Below, one piece after another: positions 28,123 to 35,216 of a stretch of 35,216 nt of DNA. Position 1 is the stretch's first letter, and every line of letters starts with the position of its first letter. Location of the stretch: the IMG/VR virus record IMGVR_UViG_3300033109_000080, one strand, 5' to 3'. The notes beneath the pieces are model-generated. The model was given only the letters and a program-made list of their open reading frames with translations. It had not been told where the DNA came from and searched no databases. Source of the stretch: a virus. The position numbers and the translations under genes were made by a program.

Positions 28123-29097
28123 GCTCGACGCCCTTCACTCTCCTCGTCGGCGATGCCCGTACGCGGCTTCGCCAGCTCGCGGCCGAGTCGGTGCAGTGCT
28201 GCGTCACATCGCCTCCGTACTGGAGAATGCGCGACTACGGGCACCGGCGGCAGGTCGGCCTCGAGAAGTCGCCGGAGGCGTACGTTGCGCGGCTGGTGAC
28301 GGTCTTCGCCGAGGTGCGCCGCGTGCTGCGCTCGGACGGGACGCTCTGGCTCAACGTCGGCGACTCCTACGCGTGCTCGGGCAAAGGCTCGACCGGCAAG
28401 ACCTCCACTCTGACGAATCCCTCTCGCTACGAGGAGGCCTCGCTGCCGGGGCGCTCGAAGACGGGCGAGGGGCTCAAACGCAAGGACCTGGTGGGAATCC
28501 CCTGGATGCTCGCCTTCGCGCTGCGCACTGCTGGCTGGTACCTCCGCGCCGACATCATCTGGCACAAGCCGTCGCCGGTGCCCGAGTCGATTCTCGACCG
28601 GCCGACGAAGGCACACGAGCACGTCTTCCTCTTCTCACGACAGCCGCAGTACCTCTACCGCGCCGAGGCCATCGGCGAGGCCTTCCGAGAACCTCGCTAC
28701 GCCACCGCGGCGAGCATCGGGGCGAAGACCCGCGCTGTGGACCGCGAGTACCTGGAGCGGTCGACCCTCGCGCAACAGCCTCGGCGCGGTTGGGCGAACG
28801 CGCGCGATGTCTGGACGATCGCGACTGAGCCCTTCGCCGGCGCGCACTTCGCTCCGATGCCGACCGAGCTCGCGCGGCGGTGCATCGTCGCCGGAAGCGG
28901 GGGGGGGGCATCTCGTGCTCGACCCTTTCGCCGGTGCCGGCACGACCGGGCTGGTGGCGCTTCGCGAAGGGCGCCGGTTCCTTGGCATCGAACTGAACGC
29001 CGGCTACGCGCGCATCGCCCAGAAGCGCTGCCGAGAGATCACGCTCGGGTTGCCCCTCGACTCGTCCTCATCTGGAGAACTCCGTGACGCCGTGTAG
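28119..29097 (+). pseudogene. Beta-class N4-C/N6-A DNA methyltransferase (SPPY motif IV) interrupted by a +1 frameshift in a G10 tract
   Basis: The N-terminal frame (28119..) has TSPPYW, IIWHKPSPVPES, RPTKAHEHVFLFS and HFAPMPTELARRCIVAGS. Motif I, VLDPFAGAGTTG, continues in the +1 frame (ORF 28807..29097). The frames meet at GGGGGGGGGG (28899-28908); 9 or 12 Gs would restore one ORF. Confidence 0.8.
28899..28908 (+). repeat. Homopolymeric G10 tract at the methyltransferase frameshift point
   Basis: Counted directly from the sequence: gcGGGGGGGGGGca. Confidence 0.9.
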
Positions 29098-29335
29098 CCC
29101 GACGCTGCGGCAGCTCGACTACCTGAGGGCGATCGATCGCGCCTGGTTGGAGCTCGGCTACGCCCCGAGCATCCGCGAGCTCGGTGACACCCTCGGGATC
29201 GGCAGCACCAACGGCGTGGCCGAGGGGCTGAAGGCGCTCGAGCGCCGCGGCTTGGTGACAAAAGCGCGCGGGGTCGCCCGCAGCCTGCGGCTCACCACCC
29301 AGGGCCGGCTCTGGATCACGAAGGAGGCTACCTGA
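29084..29335 (+). CDS. LexA N-terminal DNA-binding-domain-only protein (winged helix; no S24 peptidase domain)
   Basis: LRQLDYLRAIDRAWLELGYAPSIRELGDTLGIGSTNGVAEGLKALERRGLVTKARGVARSLRLT matches the LexA_DNA_bind pattern (LT.rQ..vl.fI......GyPPsvREi......S...v..hL.aLe.kG.i.r....aR.i.l). Only 83 aa long. Confidence 0.75.
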   Translation: MTPCSPTLRQLDYLRAIDRAWLELGYAPSIRELGDTLGIGSTNGVAEGLKALERRGLVTKARGVARSLRLTTQGRLWITKEAT

Positions 29336-29712
29336 TGTGCGACGCGTGCGATGACGCGGGGTGCTTGAAGTGCCTCGCTTCGGCCCAGCTCGACCGCCTG
29401 GCTGGCGAGCAGGGCCTGACGGGCGATGAGCAAGAGCTCGCGCGCGTCAGACGTGAACTCGCCGAGGCTCGGGCTGCGGTCGGCGAGGGATGGTTCGCAG
29501 GAGGCGCCTCGCTGGCGGAGGCGGTTCGCCGGAAGAACGCGGCTCTCGAGGCGCTCACCGAGTCGATGACGCGGCGGGCGATCAGCGCGGCCGAGGGGAT
29601 CGCGCTACCGGCCAGCTACATCCTGTCGGACTGGCGCGAGGGCTACGTGCACGGGCGAGCGGACGCAGCAAAGGACGTGCGCAAGGCGTTGGAGGCGGGC
29701 CGCTCGAGCTGA
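29335..29712 (+). CDS. Hypothetical protein (125 aa) with an N-terminal CxxC..CxxC
   Basis: SD AAGGAGG (29321-29327). The ATG overlaps the TGA. Confidence 0.55.
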   Translation: MCDACDDAGCLKCLASAQLDRLAGEQGLTGDEQELARVRRELAEARAAVGEGWFAGGASLAEAVRRKNAALEALTESMTRRAISAAEGIALPASYILSDWREGYVHGRADAAKDVRKALEAGRSS

Positions 29713-29737
29713 CTTCGTAGACGAAACCGGAGGGGAC

Positions 29738-30166
29738 ATGAGCAGCAACGACATCGAAAAGGCGTGGGCAGGCCTGGTGAAAGCCGGGCGGGACCTGGAC
29801 GCGGTCCCAGGCAAGGCCTCGGCGAACGCGCTCGGCGAGGCCGCCGTGGCGTACGCGCGGGCGCTGTGGCAGGAGCAGGGCCCGCAGGGCGTGACGCGGG
29901 GGAGCATCCCGCCGCCGCCCAGCCTGGGTCGCACGAACTCCTCGGCGCCCGAGTCGCGCGGCACTTCGAACTCGGCCGAGCTCAAGGTGCCGTTCGGCAA
30001 GCAGAAGGGGCAGCGGATCGGCGACGTCGACTCAAGGAACCTGCGGTGGCTCCTGGGGGTCGTCGAGGAGTCGATCGACAGCCCCGAGAAGGAGCGATTC
30101 CGGGCGAAGAACGTCGAGCTGCGCGATGCCGTGCGCGCCGAGCTCGAGGGGCGGGGTGAGCTGTGA
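29738..30166 (+). CDS. Hypothetical protein with a DUF3820-like C-terminal motif (VPFGKQKGQRIGDV..NLRWLL)
   Basis: SD GGAGGGG before the ATG at 29738. PFGK.kG..i.dv....L.WL is the motif I recall from DUF3820/ExoX-C-terminal-like phage replication-module proteins. Confidence 0.55.
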   Translation: MSSNDIEKAWAGLVKAGRDLDAVPGKASANALGEAAVAYARALWQEQGPQGVTRGSIPPPPSLGRTNSSAPESRGTSNSAELKVPFGKQKGQRIGDVDSRNLRWLLGVVEESIDSPEKERFRAKNVELRDAVRAELEGRGEL

Positions 30167-31260
30167 AGACCGGGAGCGATCCGCTGCCCTTCACGCAGGT
30201 TGACCGGGCCGTGAAGCCGAAGGCCGCGCTGCTGGCCGGGTTGCTGGGCGTCTCGAATCAGCACGCCCTGGGCAGCCTGGTGGAGTTCTGGGATCTCAAC
30301 GGCGACCCGCGCGTCATCGAAGCCCTCGCCGCCGCAGGTACCAACGAGCTCGTGCTGAGCCGCGAGGAGGCTGAGCGTCGCTTTCGCCTCGCCTCCGGCA
30401 AGGACGCCAGGGCGGCGGATCTGGTGTCCCTCGGGCTCCTGGAGGACCGCGGCGACGCAGTGAGGGTGCGAGGCATGAGCCGCTACTTCGAGCCCGTGCG
30501 CCAACGTCTTCAGGCTCGGGCGGCGGCCGCCGCTGGGGGCTCCAAATCAGGCTCCCAGCCGCGCACCGGCGGTCGGTTCGCCGCTCGGCAACCGCCCGAG
30601 CGTCCACCGAGCGGGCCACCGAGCGACGGACCGAGCGTCAGCCGAGCCGGAACCGAGCCGGGACCGACCCTAGAGGTCAGAGGTCAGAGGTCAGATCTAT
30701 CTCCTCCTTCGGAGGAGAAGGAACAGGCGTCCGCGAATCCGGACTCAGGGCCGCCGCGGAAGCTGCTCATCGTCGACGTCGAAGCGGACGCGTGGTGGGC
30801 ATGGGCGCAGGACGTTCGCGCGCAGGCGTTGGGGGTCGTGCGCGAGCGCCCGCCGCATCCGCGGGCTCTCGGCTCGTGGTGGTCGCGTGCGCTGGGCGAA
30901 CTCCACGGCGACGTCGAGCGGCTGCGCGCCGGGTGGCTGGCGTACCTGCGCGACAAGCACTGGTCGGTGAAACGATCCCCGTGGGCCGGGTGGCTCGCGC
31001 AGTGGGAGCAGTTCGTGCCGCCGGCGGCGCCTCCGCCTCCGCCGAACGAGGAGCACCGGGCGGCCCTCACCGAGGCCCTCGGCGCGTACGAGGCCCACCT
31101 GTTGCTGATCACTCCCGGGCTCGTCATGCGCCGGGAGGGGCCGGATTCAGAGTTGGTGATCGAGCACCCCGACGAGTACCGCCGCAAGCACCTCACCGAG
31201 GCGCTCGCGCCCGGGTCCGCAGTGCGTTTCGTCGAGCCCTCGAATCGAGGCGAGGCGTGA
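30163..31260 (+). CDS. Putative replication initiator/organiser (two domains joined by a Pro/Ser/Gly linker that carries DNA iterons)
   Basis: 365 aa in the replication block. The functional call is by position and by the internal iteron/hairpin/lower-GC patch, an arrangement like lambda O. No catalytic motif recognised. Confidence 0.4.
   Translation: MKTGSDPLPFTQVDRAVKPKAALLAGLLGVSNQHALGSLVEFWDLNGDPRVIEALAAAGTNELVLSREEAERRFRLASGKDARAADLVSLGLLEDRGDAVRVRGMSRYFEPVRQRLQARAAAAAGGSKSGSQPRTGGRFAARQPPERPPSGPPSDGPSVSRAGTEPGPTLEVRGQRSDLSPPSEEKEQASANPDSGPPRKLLIVDVEADAWWAWAQDVRAQALGVVRERPPHPRALGSWWSRALGELHGDVERLRAGWLAYLRDKHWSVKRSPWAGWLAQWEQFVPPAAPPPPPNEEHRAALTEALGAYEAHLLLITPGLVMRREGPDSELVIEHPDEYRRKHLTEALAPGSAVRFVEPSNRGEA
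30673..30693. repeat. Tandem heptamer GAGGTCA x3, followed by the inverted repeat CTCCTCC-TTC-GGAGGAG (30701-30717)
   Basis: Read directly: taGAGGTCAGAGGTCAGAGGTCAgatctatCTCCTCCttcGGAGGAGaagg. Confidence 0.85.
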
Positions 31261-31688
31261 TCTCTCAGGCCCTGCGGGTGCGGATGGAGGCGCTCGAGGC
31301 GATCGCGTCGATGGACCCGCGCATCGTGCTGCGACTGCCGCTCCGCGTCGTCTCTCGAGGGAATGCGCGGTGGCATTGGGCTCGGCACGGCGAGCATTCG
31401 GCTCGGCACCGCCGGGCAGCGCATCTGGTGTGCCTCTCCCGCAGGGTCGAGCTGCGGCGGCTTCTCGCGCGAGGGCTCGTGGTGCGCGTCGTGCGGATCG
31501 CGCCGCGCTCCCTCGATACGCACGACAACCTCGGGACGGCCCTCAAGCCGATCGTGGATGGGGTCGCCGATGCGCTGGGCCTGGTTGATGACTCCGATGA
31601 GCGCGTGCGCTTCATCCCCGACGCCGAGCGAGGAGGCGTGCGCGAGGAGCTTGTGCGCCTCGAGTTCTACCCGCGGAGGGTCCGCTGA
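31257..31688 (+). CDS. rusA: RusA-like Holliday-junction resolvase
   Basis: RSLDTHDNLGTALKPIVDGVADALGLVDDSDERV parallels E. coli RusA [29 protein letters not shown] (D-x-D-N-L..K...D...DD). Start uncertain: GTG at 31257, or ATG at 31284 or 31311. Confidence 0.6.
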   Translation: MISQALRVRMEALEAIASMDPRIVLRLPLRVVSRGNARWHWARHGEHSARHRRAAHLVCLSRRVELRRLLARGLVVRVVRIAPRSLDTHDNLGTALKPIVDGVADALGLVDDSDERVRFIPDAERGGVREELVRLEFYPRRVR

Positions 31689-32767
31689 TGAACCTGGTCG
31701 ACGTCCTCGAGGGCCGCGCGCGCTGGGCGGTGCTCCATGGCGATTGCCGCGAGGGATTGCCGCTCCTTCCTTCGGGTTCGGTGGATGTTGCAGTGACCGA
31801 TCCGCCCTACAGCCATCACGTGCACTCGAAGCAGCGACGCATGCTGCGTGGGGGCGGTCGCCGCGGTGGTTCCGAGATCGGCTATGCGCCGCTCGGGTTC
31901 GAGGCGCTCGATGAGCAGACCCGCAGCCTGGTCGCGGGCCACCTGGGCAGGCTCGTACGACGCTGGTGCCTGGTGTTCAGCGACGCGGAGCACTGCTACC
32001 GCTGGCGCGAGGAGCTCGCCGATGCAGGCCTGCGACACGTGCGCGAGGGGGCCTGGGTCAAGCTCAACGGTCAGCCGCAGCTCTCGGGAGATCGGCCCGC
32101 CGTGGGTCACGAAGCCATCGAGATCGCGCACGGCCAGGTGAAGTGCCGATGGAGTGGAGGAGGCCTGCCAGCCCTCTGGGCGCACGCGATCGCGACCGAT
32201 CGCAACGGCACAGGCGCGCGGGTGCACACGACGCAGAAGCCGCTCGAGCTGATGCTGCGGTTGGTCGAGCAGTTCTCTGAGCCGGGCGAGCTCGTCCTCG
32301 ATCCGTTCGCCGGCGCCGGCACAACGGGCATTGCCTGCCTGCGACTCGGACGGAGGTACCTGGGCTGGGAGATCGACGAGCACTACGCCCAGGTCGCGCG
32401 AGAGCAGCTCCTCGCCGAGTCACGCGGTCTGACGATGCTCGAGGCGCGCGCCGGGCAGACGTCGCTCTGGGACTCGGAGCGGCCAGTACCAGAGCCGCCG
32501 CCGCAGCGTGAGTTCCTCGAGCGGCCCAACGGCCTGAGCTCAGACAAGATCCGCCGCATCGCCCAGCTCCGAGGTGAGGGGCTCTCACTTGCGGTGATCA
32601 GCGAGCGGCTCGGCGTCCACCCGAACACCGTGCACCGCCACCTGCAGCGCGCCGGGCTGGTGCGCAAGCGGTGGTGCTCGTGCGGTCGCCGGCTCAGGGG
32701 CGACGAGCCTCTCTGCTACACCTGCCGCGGCTACAGGCCGAACGGGCGCTTCGGCTTCGCGCGGTAG
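31688..32767 (+). CDS. Beta-class N6-adenine-type DNA methyltransferase (DPPY) fused to a C-terminal HTH and zinc ribbon
   Basis: VAVTDPPYSH (motif IV), HTTQKPLELM, LVLDPFAGAGTTG (motif I). The C-terminal extension contains IRRIAQLRGEGLSLAVISERLGVHPNTVHRHLQRAG and CSCG...CYTC. Confidence 0.85.
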   Translation: MNLVDVLEGRARWAVLHGDCREGLPLLPSGSVDVAVTDPPYSHHVHSKQRRMLRGGGRRGGSEIGYAPLGFEALDEQTRSLVAGHLGRLVRRWCLVFSDAEHCYRWREELADAGLRHVREGAWVKLNGQPQLSGDRPAVGHEAIEIAHGQVKCRWSGGGLPALWAHAIATDRNGTGARVHTTQKPLELMLRLVEQFSEPGELVLDPFAGAGTTGIACLRLGRRYLGWEIDEHYAQVAREQLLAESRGLTMLEARAGQTSLWDSERPVPEPPPQREFLERPNGLSSDKIRRIAQLRGEGLSLAVISERLGVHPNTVHRHLQRAGLVRKRWCSCGRRLRGDEPLCYTCRGYRPNGRFGFAR

Positions 32768-32873
32768 CCCCCGGGTCGATCCGCCCGCCGCGACCCCCCG
32801 GGGGTGGCCTTGTACCGATGGAACAAGCGCGCGGCACTGAAACCAGATTCCTCGGATCTCCGGGCCCCTCGAA

Positions 32874-32891
32874 GAGGTGAAAGCCTCGGCC
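32874..32891 (+). promoter_or_regulatory. Conserved late-module leader element, copy 4 (GAGGTGAAAGCCTCGGCC; most diverged)
   Basis: Shares the GGTGAAAGCCTCG core. Its GTG (32877) is the ORF-track start of terS. Confidence 0.55.
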
Positions 32892-33683
32892 CACCATGGA
32901 GCCGTGCCGCCGAAGGTCGCCAAGAAGCGCTGCGCGCGCTGCCGCAAGTCGAAGCCGGTGAAGGGCTGGCCGCCCAACGCCGCTCGAGCAGACGGCCTGG
33001 GCATCTACTGCCGCCAGTGCAAGCGCGAGGCGGACCGCGGCGCGCCGCCCCCGAAGCCCAGATGGAACCGGCCCGCGTCGAAGGCGCCTCCCGGTGGAGA
33101 CGCGCCGAAGCGCAAGCCCGGCCCGGCCTCGAAGCTCACGCCCGAGCTCGTCGAGCAACTCTGCGCCGTGCTGCGCAAGGGGCACACCTACCGCGCGGCG
33201 TGCGCGCGCTCGGGCATCGACGATCGGACCTTCCGCGACTGGATGGCCGAGGGCCTCGAGGCGCGCACCGGGCCGAAGTGGGGGCTCTACCTCGCGGTGC
33301 GAGAGGCCGAAGGCGAAGGCGAGGCCTCGCTGACCGACATCGTCCGGGACGCCGCGGAGATCGATCCGCAGTACGCGAAGTGGCTGCTCGAGCGCCGTCA
33401 CCCCGTCGACTGGGCGCGCAAGGAGCAGATCGCCGTCACCGGCGGCGAGGGCAAGGCCCTGGAGGTGTCGGTTGTCCGAGAGCTCATCAGCAAGCGGATC
33501 GACGGTCTCCTCGCGGCTCGCCCAGCAACTCCGCCGAGTGGAGGAGCAGGCGGTGCTGGCGGACCAGCTCCAGGAGGCGGGGCAGGCGCCGCCATTGCCG
33601 AAGGTGCTGCGACTCCACCACCGCCTGCAGCTCCTGACGCCGGCGGAGAAGCAGAACCTCCTGGAGGCGCTGAGCGAAGCTGA
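32877..33683 (+). CDS. terS: Terminase small subunit (N-terminal zinc ribbon, HTH, Gly/Ala/Pro-rich tail)
   Basis: Immediately upstream of terL. LTPELVEQLCAVLRKGHTYRAACARSGIDDRTFRDWM is a typical TerS HTH. CARC...CRQC lies at the N-terminus. Start is the GTG at 32877 or at 32904. The 3' end overlaps terL by 212 nt. Confidence 0.65.
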   Translation: MKASAHHGAVPPKVAKKRCARCRKSKPVKGWPPNAARADGLGIYCRQCKREADRGAPPPKPRWNRPASKAPPGGDAPKRKPGPASKLTPELVEQLCAVLRKGHTYRAACARSGIDDRTFRDWMAEGLEARTGPKWGLYLAVREAEGEGEASLTDIVRDAAEIDPQYAKWLLERRHPVDWARKEQIAVTGGEGKALEVSVVRELISKRIDGLLAARPATPPSGGAGGAGGPAPGGGAGAAIAEGAATPPPPAAPDAGGEAEPPGGAERS

Positions 33684-34917
33684 GCTCGTCGCGCTCCTGT
33701 ATGACTGGACGGGCGCGTGGGCGCGCGACTCCCAGCTCATCCCCGCGGGCGACTGGTTCGTCTGGCTCATCCTCGCCGGCCGCGGCTACGGGAAGACGCG
33801 CACGGGCGCCGAGAGCGTGCGGCACCTGGCCGAGACGGGGCAGGCGCGGCGGATCGCCCTCATCGCGCCGACCTCCGCTGATGCCCGCGACGTGATGATC
33901 GAAGGCGAGTCGGGGCTGCTCGCGGTGTGCCCGCCCTCGGCGATGCCGAGGTATGAGCCCTCGAAGCGGCGCCTCACCTGGCCCAACGGCGCCCGCGCGA
34001 CGCTCTTCTCGGCCGAGGAAGGGAGCCGACTCCGCGGGCCCCAGCATGATCTGCTCTGGGGCGATGAGCCGGCGAGCTGGACGGACGAGTCCACCTGGCG
34101 GAATGCGGTGATGGGTCTGCGGCTGGGCCGGCAGCCGCGGGCGATTCTCACCGGCACGCCACAGCCGGTGCCGTTGATCTTGAGCCTGATGAAGGACCCG
34201 AAGACGCACCTCACCCGCGGGTCCACCTTCGAGAACGCAGGCAACCTCGCGAGCGAGTACATCCGCCAGGTGCAGCGCATGTACGCCGGCACGCGCATCG
34301 GCCGGCAGGAGCTCGAGGCCGAGGTGCTCGAGGACGTCGTCGGGGCGCTCTTCAACCAGGCCCTCATCGACAAGCACCGCGTCGAGAAGGCGCCGGACCT
34401 CGCCCGGATCGTCGTCGCGGTCGATCCAGCGCAGACGGGGACTGAACGCGCCGACGAGTCGCAGAAGCACAACGACGAGCACGGGATCGTCGTGTGCGGC
34501 AAGGATCTCGAGAGCGAGGACGCGCACGGCTACGTGCTCGCGGACCTCTCGATGCGCGGCAGCCCCGACGAGTGGGCCCGCGCCGCGGTGAAGGCGTTCT
34601 ACACGTTCCGCGCGAACTGCGTCGTCGTGGAGTCGAACTGCGGCGGCGAGATGGTCGAGGCGACGATCCGCACCATCGACGCCTCGGTGCCCGTGAAGAT
34701 CGTCCGCGCCATGCGCGGCAAGGCCAAGCGCGCCGAGCCCATCGCCGCGCTCCACGAGCAGGGCCGGATTCACCACGTCGGAGTCGAAGGGCTCGAGAAG
34801 CTCGAGAAGCAGATGCGCGTCTTCACGGGGGCGAACGGGCGCCGCGACGACAGGACGGACGCGATGTGCTGGGGCTTCCACGATCTGCTCGTCGGCGGCG
34901 GCTTCTTCTTCGGGTGA
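33472..34917 (+). CDS. terL: Terminase large subunit
   Basis: LLYDWTGAWARDSQLIPAGDWFVWLILAGRGYGKTRTGAE contains the Walker A motif GRGYGKT. The layout is an ATPase followed by a nuclease-like C-terminus. GGAGG (33461-33465) sits 6 nt before the TTG at 33472; later GTGs at 33538, 33553 and 33604 are also possible starts. Confidence 0.9.
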   Translation: MSESSSASGSTVSSRLAQQLRRVEEQAVLADQLQEAGQAPPLPKVLRLHHRLQLLTPAEKQNLLEALSEAELVALLYDWTGAWARDSQLIPAGDWFVWLILAGRGYGKTRTGAESVRHLAETGQARRIALIAPTSADARDVMIEGESGLLAVCPPSAMPRYEPSKRRLTWPNGARATLFSAEEGSRLRGPQHDLLWGDEPASWTDESTWRNAVMGLRLGRQPRAILTGTPQPVPLILSLMKDPKTHLTRGSTFENAGNLASEYIRQVQRMYAGTRIGRQELEAEVLEDVVGALFNQALIDKHRVEKAPDLARIVVAVDPAQTGTERADESQKHNDEHGIVVCGKDLESEDAHGYVLADLSMRGSPDEWARAAVKAFYTFRANCVVVESNCGGEMVEATIRTIDASVPVKIVRAMRGKAKRAEPIAALHEQGRIHHVGVEGLEKLEKQMRVFTGANGRRDDRTDAMCWGFHDLLVGGGFFFG

Positions 34918-34940
34918 AAGCCTCGCGGTACGTCCGGGCC
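34911..34940 (+). promoter_or_regulatory. Conserved late-module leader element, copy 5 (CGGGTGAAAGCCTCGCGGTACGTCCGGGCC), abutting the portal ATG
   Basis: Contains the terL stop (GGG TGA) and ends exactly at the ATG at 34941. Same 30-nt geometry as copy 1. Confidence 0.7.
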
Positions 34941-35216
34941 ATGGGCCTCCTCGGCCGCATCGCCGGTCTCTTCCGCCCCGCCTCGAGGGCCAGCGCCCCT
35001 GAAGGGACGCAGCTCGAGGGCGGGGTGCTGGTCCCGTCGACGGGCTTCGGCGGGCCACCGGCGCGCGGCACGCGCGAGCTCATCGCTGCCTATAAGACCG
35101 AGCCCTGGCTGCGGGCGGTCACTGGGCGCATCGCCCGCGGCGTCGCCGCGGCGACCTGGACCGTGTACGCCAGGAGCTCGACCCCGGCGCCGACGTCGAA
35201 CGCGCGCTCGCGCGGC
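34941..35216 (+). CDS. Portal protein N-terminus (continues at position 3 after circular closure; the last 239 nt duplicate 1-239)
   Basis: ATG at 34941. MGLLGRIAGLFRPASRASAPEGTQLEGGVLVPSTGFGGPPARGTRELIAAYKTEPWL... runs in frame into the ORF at 48..1502. Confidence 0.85.
   Translation, partial: MGLLGRIAGLFRPASRASAPEGTQLEGGVLVPSTGFGGPPARGTRELIAAYKTEPWLRAVTGRIARGVAAATWTVYARSSTPAPTSNARSRG
34978..35216. repeat. Terminal direct repeat, copy 2 (identical to 1..239)
   Basis: Base-by-base identity with 1-239. Confidence 0.95.

Noticed and set aside
30673-30693. A CRISPR array or other spaced-repeat locus anywhere in the window.
   Set aside because: The only repeats are contiguous short tandems (7-mer x3, 9-mer x2.4) and the five dispersed leader elements. 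There are no repeat-spacer units of CRISPR size.
32896-32961. The ATG at 32896 (in the CCACCATGG context) as the terS start.
   Set aside because: It is out of frame with the TerS ORF and opens only a 21-codon reading frame. TerS must start at the GTG at 32877 or the GTG at 32904.

Overview
This window is one complete, circularly closed genome of a high-G+C temperate tailed phage. Positions 1-239 are identical to 34978-35216, so the unit length is 34,977 bp, and the junction falls inside the portal gene. Nearly every gene is on the + strand, and many are linked by ATGA/GTGA/TTGA start-stop overlaps.

Gene order:
- portal, then a 2.7-kb accessory insertion that includes a Kelch beta-propeller protein
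- HK97-type prohead protease, major capsid and head-tail joining genes
- two tail-tube paralogs
- G/GT tail chaperone with an A_AAA_AAC -1 frameshift, a 736-aa tape measure and tail tip/fibre genes; there is no sheath, so the tail is non-contractile
- a putative lysis block and a lower-GC lipoprotein moron
- the only minus-strand genes, facing an RHH regulator across a divergent promoter/operator region
- excisionase, small early genes (MazG-like DUF550, a free-standing RNA polymerase alpha-CTD-like protein, ASCH/DUF3850) and a tyrosine integrase
- a tRNA-Leu(UAA)-like 5' fragment, the candidate attP
- an early/replication block with three DNA methyltransferases (C5, an SPPY type broken by a G10 tract, and a DPPY type fused to an HTH), a LexA-DNA-binding-domain-only protein, a putative initiator with internal iterons, and RusA
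- TerS and TerL

The most unusual signal I can see is a conserved element of about 18-30 nt, CGGGTGAAAGCCTCGCG..ACGGTCCGG, present five times. Each copy sits immediately upstream of the first gene of a late module: terS, portal, protease, major tail and the lysis block.

All functional calls come from motif recognition by eye. No database search was run. Start codons in this GC-rich sequence are often ambiguous.
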